Shown here: piece by piece, positions 13,672 to 26,185 of the stretch | How the letters are laid out: each line of letters opens with the position of its first letter | Numbering within the stretch: position 1 is the first letter of the stretch | NCBI RefSeq assembly: GCF_964194025.1 | Contig: NC_134473.1 | Span: 44,268,001-44,332,000 of the forward strand | Direction of reading: 5' to 3' | From: Convolutriloba macropyga | Lineage: Eukaryota | DNA: 64,000 nt | Position numbers and translations under genes: made by a program | Notes under the pieces: model-generated | Seen by the model: only the letters and a program-made list of their open reading frames with translations | The model's database searches: none | What the model was told of the DNA's origin: nothing

Positions 13672-13676
<5 letters not shown>

Positions 13677-15741
13677 CTATTTACAATCTATACTATTTAG
13701 GAAGCATATCTATGTTTACCTCTTTTAATACAGAGTGATATTTTGATAACAAATACTATGTATTTTCCAGCTCTGTAATAGACTAACATGTAAATAAATA
13801 GACCCAGTATACATCAATTCTAATTGATGTTTGTACCTAAATATACCCAGTATACATTCAATATTTCTACTCTAACACACTTCCCTAACCCGAACCTGTG
13901 TGTATACCCCCGAGATCAAGTTATTCAAAAGAACATCTATATTAAACCAATAATACTGATAATACACAAAAAGTACAAAACACATCAATCAATGTGGAAA
14001 AAGTTAATAATATATACACCTAACTCAATCCCAAACCTTTAAAACATACATTACAACAAACCTCGGAATATCACTTGTTCACCAGATTGATCACACCAAA
14101 TCTATTATAACTCTTCAAACTTATAAATTCCCAAATTACCTAAACACACACGTATTAACTCCTTCAATGGTAACAAATAATAAATAACTCTAACAAAACG
14201 GTGAATACTTTCTTCATCATCAACATCTTCTTCCTTCGTCATCAACATCTTCTTCAAACACCTAAAGTCACAATCTCCTCTCACGGTCACTATTACCTTC
14301 CATCCACCTCAGGACACATCCATCTCCAGCACAAGCCGTCACCACATGAATCCAATGACAGATAAAACAACATATATCAAATAACAAATAAAACATTATA
14401 AATCAAGTAACAAATAACTATTCTAACACAAACTGGTTATGATACTAGCCCCTCAACCAAACACTAATTTTCTTCACGGTAATTTCAAACAAAATAGCAA
14501 AACACAATAAAACAAAGCACAAACGGTATTTTGATGTTCACAGGCTTGGAACTGGAATAGACGATATTGAAGTCAATTGAAGTAAAAAACAATAAACAAA
14601 TAAATCAAATAACAAATTTCAAATAACAAATTAATTTCAAATAACAATATACTCTACGATTGAGGACTCATGGAATGGAATAGACATTTTGTAGAAGTCA
14701 ACATTAATAATAAACAACTTATTACAAAACAATAGATAATATAAAAAAGGGAAAAATAACAATAACACAAAACAGGTAAAGCACAATCATTACTATTACA
14801 AAACAGGAAAACACTAAAACGAATACGAAATAAAAAATAATGAGTTCAACACAAACAACATAAACATACAGGAAAAGAATAACTTCCTCTTTACAAATTG
14901 GAATAACTTCCTCTTTTTATACGAGTAACACGCTAATACCGAATAAGTACAAATAATACCGAATAAGTACAAACAATAATCCAGGTCAGAGACGAGAACA
15001 CATAACACTGTTACCAGAACTAAATAACACTGTTGGCAACATTATTAGCCTACTAGAATTATTCATCACAAATGCCAAATAACAATCAAATAGTGATTTA
15101 ACTATGTGTAACAATCCAGTAAGAATAGTGTAACAATCCAGTAAGAACAGTAACTATTACAAATAACGACCCAGTAAGTGATAATCCATTCGTTGTAACA
15201 ATACATGCGTTGTAACCTACATGTATCAATCCAGACAGTAACAATCCAGAGTGAGATGACTCATTACCTGAAATATATACAAATACAATTTAGTTCAAAT
15301 TTCATTATTCATCGGTCAAATGACCTTCGGCTAATTAGACATTTCACAATGACATTTTAACAAATTATACGTCATAACCCAAACCTACGTCATAAGCAAA
15401 AACGGACGTTAAAAGGACGGACGTCATAGTCCTCATTAGTAACAACAAACCACATTAGTAAACGAACAAATCATTAAAAGAGAAAAAAGGATTAAAACAA
15501 CCATCTTCATTAGTAATATGAAGAGACTTCAAGAACAAAGTACCGGGACAAACGGCTACCAGGCAGACGCAATTAGTAACAAACTACAAATGTCAACGCA
15601 ATTAACATTTTCCACCATTGCCAGATGGTGATTAACAAAAAAGATCTAACACAGATCAATTATGTGCTGAAGTAGACATTTCAACACAACATCAACCATC
15701 AACGCATACTTACGTTGCAAACGAAAAGACTAATTAACAGT

Positions 15742-15796
15742 TTGCACCAATTGCACCATTTGCACCATTTGCACCATTTGCACCATTGATGCACCA
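15742..15796 (+). repeat. 9-bp minisatellite (TTTGCACCA), about 6 copies
   Basis: Directly visible tandem copies. Confidence 0.85.
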
Positions 15797-17375
15797 ACTA
15801 AAACAATTAACGAACCTATAGCTCATTAGCACTAAGCTTTCAAAGGATTTACAAAAGCGAGCAGATGGAGCCACCATCTTGTTTGAACATCATAATTGAA
15901 CACCACCAATAAAAAAAACATCTTGAGACAAATTACAACCTGTAGGATAACTTACGTAATTGGTATTGGTAACTTCCTAATTGGTATCTTACAGACCAGC
16001 AAAACTATAACGTCAGTAACCAATCAAACATACCAATTACTTCCAAACATACCAATTACAAGAAGAATACCGTAACAAGAAAGCCAAAGAATATCTACAA
16101 AAGACACTTATACATGAAAGGATAACAATCCAAAATACTAATTACGACCAGAAAATTAGTAAAATTGGCAATTTGGAGAACCAAGAAAGAAAAACGGAAG
16201 ATATGTAAATGTCACCAACATTGTAGAGAGCCCCAAACATTTGAGTAAAAATCACAACTCCGATTTTGTCTTGTACAAATCACAACCTCTCTCAAATCAG
16301 AAAAATTTTCTCATTTTCAGCTAAGCTGATAACAAAAGTTAAAAACTAACTAAAACTCTGTTCTAATTCAAAATAACATCTTAAAATTCAGAATTCAAAT
16401 TCAACAAAATTTCATTGTCGACTCTCAACTGTAGAGACAATTTCTTGACTCATAAACAATTCATGAACAATTTCTTGCCTCATCCTTAAACAGATAAAAT
16501 TTCAACCGTTTCTTCCAAAACTCTAATTATCAGCAATTCCTGAAATCATTCAGAATAATTTTGTATCAACTGTTTTTAAAAATTTCTCTCACATCCTTAC
16601 CAGCTTTCTACCGAAAACAACTCGACAAACCAGGTAAAACTGAATTACCTTAATTTCATTTCAGAAAGACTTTTACATCATTATAGTCACCATCATAATG
16701 AAACAGCACCTATGTTGTCAGTTTCTGAACTTTTGAATTCAATTAGTAAAAATCAACTTGTCATCAGAATATCGGTCCAAATAGACGATTATATTGAACT
16801 TGACTACCCATCTGGCAGTCATATACATTTTGACGACGATAGCGTTCAACTAACAAATTGCAAAGTATCACCTCAAAATTATCTCTTTATCATAGAAGGA
16901 ATAACAAAAACTGAATAAGAAATAAAACTCTTTTGGGGAGAAAAACATTTTGATTTACTCAAAAACACAGCACCGTGTACTGAAACAATCACAGAATTTG
17001 AAGTACTGAAACAACAGATTAACACTAGAGAGTGTGTCAACTTAAATGAGTTACACACAGTTTTTCTTGTAGTTTTAAAAAAAGGAAGCTATAAACCTTA
17101 TTGACGACAGAAGAAAAAAGTAACAACTGTAATGATACCACTCATTGTCATAGTCATATATCACGTATCACTCAAACTCTCACAAAATTTGACAATGCGA
17201 CACCGTTAAGTGTCAGTTACAACAGTAAATAACTGTCACTTTTCAGTGAAGCATTGTATCTAATTTACACTAATAATCACACTAACATACACAAACACAT
17301 AAAACAGATAAAATAGTTTCAAAAATTGATTTCACAGAAGCTTTTATAGCAACCTACTTACTATTATCTAAAGTA

Positions 17376-17501
17376 ATGTTTTTCTTGACTATTTTTCTTG
17401 TACCGTGTATCGTAGTAATTTCAACGTATCTAGCTATAGTAACCATAACTGAAATCGTACAAAACCGTAGAGTTGTCTATGCGAGCCCAACAGTACAATA
17501 A
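17376..17501 (+). CDS. 41-aa small hydrophobic accessory ORF (single predicted TM)
   Basis: MFFLTIFLVPCIVVISTYLAIVTITEIVQNRRVVYASPTVQ*, preceded by acceptor-like TTTCACAG ending at 17337. Confidence 0.35.
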   Translation: MFFLTIFLVPCIVVISTYLAIVTITEIVQNRRVVYASPTVQ

Positions 17502-17926
17502 AAACACCTCATGCACGAAATACACTCTGATACATTCCACATATGTAAATCTAATATAGATATTATAAAACTAGAAATATTTAAATTTATTAAAATTTAT
17601 TAAAGACGAATGTGTTTAAATCTAATAGAATATTTTCTATATCCAAAAAATTGATTCCTGATATTGAAGAATCCATCTACTACACCCTACACTCACGAAA
17701 ATTCTACTACAAATAGGATTTCCAGAAAACTCTCAATTATACGGTAACGTTATAATATACCAATTAAATCTCAGACTAGACTACAACGAAGTTTGGATAT
17801 CAAACCTAGGAGCACAAACACATCCACCAAGACAAGAATTAACACCACTCATTATTTTACAACCACCATTTATTAATATCCCACCTCACGGACCTGGCTC
17901 AGGAGCATAACAAATAACCCGCAAAA

Positions 17927-19069
17927 ATTGCGTCACCAAATAATAATCAAAGTAACAATCACCCAGAAAGACCACACCATAACGAAGTCACAGACCTAAC
18001 AAATATTCCAACTTCACCAGAAATAGATGATACACTAAATCCAGATAACGAAAACCCGTATACTGTACAACGGGAACGACCGGAAAGAAGAGAACTTTTA
18101 AGAGCACGGCGTCGATCGTCATTATCATTTCCTACACAAGACTCAACATTAGTATCATATGGCTCAACAGACATAGAATCTAATATAATAAGACCTTTAG
18201 AAACAGGACACTCAGAACCAACAAGTAGAACAGGAACACCTACATTGCCCAATTTTGGTCTCAGTTCACCAAGTGAACACTCAAGTGTTAATACAGATCA
18301 TACCCCAACACCATCCGAACTAAGAGCAAATCCTTTCTTACCACCAACATTTTCACAAAGACAAGACTTTAATTTTGTTCAAGAACACTTCCGAGTACAA
18401 CCATTACAGTCACCTAATAGTTCACTTTGGTCAGCAACATCACCACAATCAACAAGTACAAATACAACACCATTGAGAACAAATCAAACATCATCATCAA
18501 ATACATCAGTAAGCGTACCAAGAGTTGAAGTCCCAAACACCTTGCAACCTCAGAGAAATACAGCATTATCCCCATCATCATTCATACCTGACATTAGATT
18601 ACCCTCAAGCCATCCAGGACGAATTCGATCTACCCCCATACTTAATTGTAACCCCCCAACTCAAAGTAGAACAAATGAACATATATATCTCTTCCCATTA
18701 GATCACAAAACTTGGAATCCACCCCCACCGTTATACGGACCTACCAATCTTGGTGATACACTTACTAATTGGTCAAGAAATAGACTAACAAAAACTTTAA
18801 ATCTCACACATCGCCAACGCAACGCAGCACTTAACGTTCTCGCAACATCATCTCTCGAACTTAAATTTAACACAACGATAAAATATAACACTATTTTTAA
18901 TCATCCATTTCACGCTACAACACCATCTATAGTCACAACCACAATCCCAGCACCTTTCATCTGCATTGAATTTATATACAAATTCGATAGATATACAAAA
19001 CAAATTTTAGGGTTTGCAACCTTTTACAATCCACTTACCGGTCTATCATACACATGTCGCTTCAGTTGA
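17927..19069 (+). CDS. about 380-codon accessory ORF, S/T/P-rich with a globular-looking C-terminus, overlapping the env start
   Basis: Frame is open from ATT-GCG at 17927 (possibly a mutated ATG) through the ORF-track entry 18245-19069. Confidence 0.65.
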   Translation: MASPNNNQSNNHPERPHHNEVTDLTNIPTSPEIDDTLNPDNENPYTVQRERPERRELLRARRRSSLSFPTQDSTLVSYGSTDIESNIIRPLETGHSEPTSRTGTPTLPNFGLSSPSEHSSVNTDHTPTPSELRANPFLPPTFSQRQDFNFVQEHFRVQPLQSPNSSLWSATSPQSTSTNTTPLRTNQTSSSNTSVSVPRVEVPNTLQPQRNTALSPSSFIPDIRLPSSHPGRIRSTPILNCNPPTQSRTNEHIYLFPLDHKTWNPPPPLYGPTNLGDTLTNWSRNRLTKTLNLTHRQRNAALNVLATSSLELKFNTTIKYNTIFNHPFHATTPSIVTTTIPAPFICIEFIYKFDRYTKQILGFATFYNPLTGLSYTCRFS

Positions 19070-22000
19070 AAACTATTATTCTCATACTATTATTAATAAT
19101 AATATACATATATATGAAAGTAGAATCAAAAATACAAATGGAACAAAGACTAAGAAATGAAGCTAGACAACGCATTAAAGATATCAACGAAAAAATGGAA
19201 ATACAAATCAAACACTTAAAAAATAAAAACAAAACAAGAAATTATACTAACATTAATAATTACAATAAATTTAATCCACAAAAATATGATAACCTTCAAC
19301 ACTATGTATTTCAACACAATCATACCAACACTTATCCGAAATACCTCAACAATACTAAAGTAGAAGGATCAAATAACACTAAAAACTATTCAGACTATGA
19401 AGCTATGTGGGAAATAGACAAATGGACATGAAATTGGAATTTCTATAGAGAACGACTAACAGATAGTATTCTGAATAAATTTAATATGAACAGTAAAAGA
19501 CAAAAAAGACAAAAAAGACAATCACAAACAGACTTTGTAGAATTAACTGGACAGAATATTAACGGCTCCGCAACCGGACCACAAGATATATCGATAGAAC
19601 AATATGATTGTGATGCGGAAGAAATCACAAATGTCAAATACTACGAACTCAACAAAATTAGTACATGTAAATTCAAACCATTAGATCTCGATATGACAAA
19701 AACAGAAGTGCAATTATTATCGAAAGCACAAGCAGTAGAAATAAAAGCATACGCAGTTGCAGGAACAATTAAAGAACGCGTAGAATGGTGTTCACAACAC
19801 ACCGACTACATTCGAGCAAACAGACCAAGTTATTACGTTTCAGATGCACAAAGAACAAAAATAATAGATGCGGACGAAGTTCGAAACGAACTCGCTAGAA
19901 TAAACCTACTCAAAAACACAAGATATAAACCAACAAGATATAATATCTCATTCAACTATATCGCAAATCCACCAATTCAGAAAAAGATTTAAGCAATGCA
20001 AGGTCGAATACAATTCGATATGAATACCCCCTTAGTACCGCCATACGGACGGATAGTTTATGTCTACGCAAATCCCATGTGGATACCAAGCGCAATTAAA
20101 AATGCACAATCCAATTGCATGAAAGGACCACGAAAACAGAACAGAATAGATATATTATATTGGACACTAGAAGTACGTGAAGTATCACTAATACTAAACC
20201 TTGATAACGAAGAAATATCATATATGGGAACAAAACTACCCTGCAATCTCCTTAAAGGAGAATGCCTCCCAATACCATTAACAAAAGCAACAATAGTATG
20301 GGAACCACAAACCCATTGTCAACTATTTGAACTATTTAGATTTGATGCATTTATGGTGAAATACCAAGATAGATATTGAATAGAAACAAACGCTGAATGG
20401 ACAACAGTCCAACAACCAGACATAACACAAAAAATAAAATTAAGCAAATCAGACACGATCGCAACTAGATTCGAAGTATTCCCACTCGTCGAACGCGAGT
20501 GCGGCTCACTCCAACCATTACACAAAACAGAATATGATGATATATACATCATCTACGAATACGGATTCGATATGCATACTGGACAAAAAGTAACAAGAAA
20601 GAAAGATAAATTTGACGACAAAAAATTTATCCGAATAAAACTAGAACAAATAATATCAGAACGTACACGATATGAAGACGAAGATAACAAACAATACTAC
20701 TATGGTTTTGTAAACGAAAATACACATTTGAACATGAAAGTGGATCTTTACATGAGTAACATATACTCACGAATAAGCCTACAAGCTACAGAATTCTATT
20801 CACAAATTTGCAAACAAACTAGAAACCTTAGACAATTAACGTTAACATAAGTACAAAAGAACACACCACTATTAGGATATATCCTCACTGGAGACCGATC
20901 AATATTTGTTAAACAAGAAGGAGTAAATGTGATGAAAATGTACAAATGCGCGAAAAAATCACCACCCCTATATGTACCGCAAACACGCGAATGTTATGAC
21001 AAAATACCAATTCTATACAAAAACAGAGTACAATACGTACACCAACTAACACGACAAACATACTTATGGGCGAAAAAAGTCTCATGTTCACATAGTAACT
21101 TTGATCAGTTAATATCAATTGACACTGAAGGAACAGCGAGATACAGAGTCACACCATACCCTGTAAAAGTTGAAACAATACTGAACACTATTTCACCTGA
21201 AGAAATAGTACTAGACAACATGTTTAGTAAAGCAAGTTTGATAGAAAGTTGTATATACAGTAGAGAACAATTAATTCAAGAACGAAAAAGAGATCTACTA
21301 CACGAATACATGCGAGACCGCGAAAAACCATTACAGGAAGCTACATCCGCCAACGCACAAAAACTACTAGAACATGAACAACTCGGATTACTCCAAACAT
21401 ACAAAAATTACGAACAATCACTAAAATGATTAAAAGATCTAAATATTAATGGATATAACTTCCAGATCGACCAACCCAGTGTAAACTGGAAAGAAATTTT
21501 TGACGGAGCATGGCTAAAAGAACAAATATTATCAATCTTTGGTTGGCCATGGTACATCTTAGAAAAAATGGCAATCTTATACGCCATGATTAGCATGATA
21601 CTATAAAATTCTACAACGCTTTTGCAATTCATAAAGCAATTGGCAAACAAGCTAGTATCACAAAAATATTTTACAGGAATAGTTGGCATCTTTTCACAGA
21701 CACAAACACAACTAGTAGCACAGATTCAAGAAGAAGAAACTAGTCACGATAGTGACGAGAACTATTCACACTATACCAAACATAATAAACCACGGAAGAA
21801 CATTTTTCGCCGACACTCTTCAGATATAACATATATAAAAATCACAATGATAACGATAAACCATCACAAGTTTATATTGGCACTAATCATAAACACTATA
21901 ATAGAACTATTCGCAGAACAGATAACGGACTACAGTTACGAACAATAGATTCACCACCAAAGAAACAAAAACCACCATTGCCAGAACGAAAAAACAAACA

Positions 22001-22346
22001 AGAACCATTAAAAACTGAACCATTAGAAACAATAACTGAAAACAAACTACCCATAATACCACCACAACTCATCACTCCACCACCTGCATATCAATGTTTA
22101 GGAAATAATGTATCTTTTAATACATCTCAAACAACATCACTTACTACATCACATATCACACCAATCCCTAGTGCGCCTAACATACAACAACAATCATCAA
22201 CATTTCAGGGAAAATCATATGAACCTCCTTTAGGTATTAGTAAAACAACACCATACGAAATCCCGCAACCATCATCTACATCACCAAACCAACAAAACCT
22301 CATACCATCCGTAAAGCTAATAGAAATACAAAACCCCCACCTATAG
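19054..22346 (+). pseudogene. env: env: class III (chuvirus/herpes gB-like) fusion glycoprotein, about 1,090 codons with in-frame stops
   Basis: Hydrophobic N-terminus; furin-like KRQKRQKR; YDC...NV..Y.L...STC; C...GEC....TIVWEP...C; ECGS....KTEY..IYI; ECYDKIPILYKN; TM region near 21530-21700; Pro-rich tail; ORF fragments 19054-21429 all in one frame. Confidence 0.8.
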
Positions 22347-22962
22347 ATTTCAATCAGTTAAAACTAGCAGCTAATAAAATGCACAACCGCAGCCATAGCT
22401 TAGATATTCTGAAAAATGACCAACCACATACGACTGAAGTCACATATTTTGACACTCATTCGGCAGATACATATGAAGTATAAATCTGTACTCATCCACG
22501 AACAACTAACATAATTTATACTATTTCAAAGACATTTTTTTAATTACTAGACATTCTCTTACTTATCCAAAGTTAAATACTTTCCACTAATTACCCATAT
22601 TTTTTGTATTTTCCTACATTTATACTTAACACACCTGGTATATTCGACAGATATATGTAAAAATACATGTAAACCTCCTACTACTTGCAATATAACATAC
22701 ATAAATAAGTAACACAAAGGTACTAACCAATATATCCCTGTGCGAATATGAGTGAACATTGTATTCATAAACCATAATACCGACAAACGAATAATAATAA
22801 CTGTATAATAGATAATAACAAAGATGCCACTGATAACAAGTGTGTTTGTAACAAAATGAATGAACAACGTTTCATGTATATACCTGTAACAATCAATTGT
22901 AACTAATACAAAGTTAAGAATATGTAACAAATTGAATTACCTTTTAGCAAACAACAAACGAT

Positions 22963-24587
22963 ATGGCACACAAAATGGACTATTAGCCCAAGACTCCAAA
23001 CCGAGCAGATTCGCCCCTCAGCTACGACGTTGAGGAAGGAGAACTCAGTTCCGGATCAGGACGTTCAAGTCCAGGAACAATTCGAGATAACGTCTCTGAT
23101 TGTAGCATGCAAACAGACGATCGTTTCGACAACCCACACGACAGGATAACAACTATGAGAGTCGAAGTGGAATGTGCACCCAAAGAGATTGCACAGGTTA
23201 TAAAAGAACAAGTTACTAGGAAAAAACAAGCAGAAAACAAACGTAATCAAGATTCCTTTTATAATAGAACAAATACTGACGTAACAGAACAAGGAACAAG
23301 CACTAACATACATAGTAACCAGAGTAACAGACCACGTAAAGATAATACGCCGAATACAGTATACCACTCGCCACCACTACCTAACTATCCACCACCAGTA
23401 CGACCACCTCCACCTAGCGATAACGAACACGAATTACCGCAATATCACGTTCAACAACGTATATCACATAGATAAACATCACATATAAGACCGAACAATC
23501 TACGCTTCCCGAACGCCGTAACGCCTCGAAGCAACAGTAGGAAATCATTTCTCCACCAATCTACTAACGAACAATCCCCTACAGCAACAGTAATGGAAAC
23601 AATATGGTTTCAGGACAAAGATCCCCGAACATTGAATAACCCACATAACAGCAACTATAACCCATTGTTAAGTTATCGTAATTGGTTTGAGATGCCATTC
23701 GATTCACGGGACTATAACTTCGTAATGGCACCGTTACACAACCTAAAAGACGGTGTCTCTGAATTTTTTCCACCATTACCTTCTGAGAACACGAATACAG
23801 TCTAACGTAGTACCAAAAATATGGGACGCGATAAATACCATCAAACAGCGTATCCAATTTTGGAACAATTTTACAGTCTCACAGAACGTTTTTTATACGA
23901 CTACGACTATGAATTTAGAATACCTATAACATGCACATTTGATAATCTTGTAGCAAAGGCATCACAAGAACTTTCCGCTTACAGCGTTTTTGACCACCAG
24001 ATTTTTCAACTTAGTTTCAATTTCCTACATCCGACACCAAAGCATGTTCAGAACAATAATTATAGAGTACATGAAACGAAGCTAGTTCACAACTTAATAT
24101 ACTATACGTTTTTACGCGACAAGAACAAGAACACTACAAAGAGTTATATACACATAAACGATCAACTAACTCCACCCTATTTTCTTAATTACGGATACAG
24201 ACTAAAGTGGGAACACACAATTGGAACACTCCGTAACTTCGACCCTGTAAAGAATTACTATATCTTCCAACCTAAGGAAGCGCCCGAACGACCACTCATT
24301 GTACCCATAGAAGCCTTAGAAACGTGTGAGGAATATCACACTTACCATTTGGAAGGCAGCGTAACAAACAGAGCTGTCTGAACATAATACACTTTAACAA
24401 TGAACGCAAGACTTCAGATATCGAGAAAGACATACGAAACTCGGTAAAAGCATCAATAACAGAAGTGTCACTAGACGAAATAACTGATCTCGTGGCATAT
24501 TTTCTTTCAAAGGATGATCACTTCATCAAAGGATATCAACAATATAGGGACCGAAAAAATCACCCTACACAAACAGAGAAACTCTAA
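22963..24587 (+). pseudogene. about 540-codon accessory ORF downstream of env, unknown function
   Basis: ATG 22963 and ORFs 23107, 23593, 23821 share one frame separated by single stops; frameshifted tail to 24587; acceptor-like CCTTTTAG just upstream. Confidence 0.65.
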
Positions 24588-26185
24588 CAAAGAATATTCT
24601 GTAACAAGCTTCAATGTAGTAACAAATTTCGTAATACTCAGAACAATATCATTGTAACATTGCCATAAATACTTATTGTTATACATCTAACTATAGATGT
24701 TCCTCTGCATATTTCACGTGCAAAAAATATTTTATAAATGCTAGTAACAAGACCCATTTTGCAAACAAGCCTTAAATGTGATTGAACCCCATTTGTACTA
24801 ATATGACACTTAATGTGTGATAAAATCTAAAACACATAATTTTTTTTTACTTTATCTTTCACCCCCTATTCTTAGTTACTTGTATACATGTATATATGCA
24901 AAGTTTTCCATAGTTAGATATATGCAATTTTGTAAATATGAAGAAAACATAAATAGAACAAGGTATTAGTAATAAGCGGAATGAGTAACACAGTGTAATA
25001 ACACACTATAGTAATGTGTACTCACAAACATGCACAATTCAATACTAACATAGATTACATGCTAACTCACTAACTAACAACATGAGTCATGACACTCCTG
25101 TCAAAATAATTACTCGATTTAACATGCAATACATGTAGAATCTTCCAACACAGAACATAACATGTGGTATAAAAAGTATTTACCAATAGTTACCAATACT
25201 TTCCTGACAAATATAACAAATGGTAGAACAGACAAAATATTAAAACTGTTCACAATTCGAATATTTCATATTTCAAAATGATACTCTAAGACATACTATG
25301 CAATCACATGTAATACACCAGTAACAACTAACATCTATGTTTGTAACAAATCCTCTGAATTCTTTTCCTTCAAAAGGGAAAAAGGCATTATTTGGAAGAC
25401 TGTATCGTATCCGGCGAACCGTTTACACAATGATGAAATAACCGTTAATGGGAATCAGCAAATGGGACATTTTTTGCGTATATCCATTATAAAGAAAGTA
25501 AGCGAGATCTGTAACCTTCAAAAAATTTACAGATACGACAACGCGAAAACTAACATTGAACAATAGTTACCCCACACCAGTAGAAGTATTACAAAGCAAT
25601 CCGTAAGAACTGGTAGCATCAGAATAACTCCTGATTTCAGGAGACATCATGAGTAATAATACATGTTCATCTTCAGTAACATAATATAAAATGGCCAAAA
25701 AAGTCACATGTCACTAACCATTTCCATGATTGTAAACAGAAACTTCGATTAACAAATAAACTCACTATCCTCGATTCCTTCGTCGAATTACATGATTGCA
25801 ATTTCGAAAAACTCTTCCAACCGGAAGTGATACTACGTATTATACGTATTAACACAGAACATTTATTAAACACTTTAACAACTAACAATATTAACCAGGT
25901 AAGTCAGGTAAGTCACCGGACATCAAGAGCGCCACAACACATCGACACTGGAGCTGCTCAAAAGGATCTTCATTCACTGGACGGGGTACTGGAATAGATA
26001 CTTTTGTGGTTGTTGATGTTCGTTCCTCGCTTTGTGGACAACCTATGTCTGGGACCTTACTCTTTGACGAAACCGATCACCAAGCAACACATTCAGAATA
26101 GAAAGAAAAAACCTTCAGAGAGATATAAAGAGAAATTGACTCATAGTACAGAAGACTTTCAAAAAAACTCTAAAACCCGGAAAGA

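Noticed and set aside
16634-16664. Possible 31-nt GT-AG micro-intron
   Set aside because: Very short and no way to show it restores a frame; kept only as an acceptor candidate
22559-22930. 123-aa hydrophobic minus-strand ORF between env and the downstream ORF
   Set aside because: Non-ATG start, and the reverse of A-rich DNA gives hydrophobic codons automatically; not supportable without copy comparison
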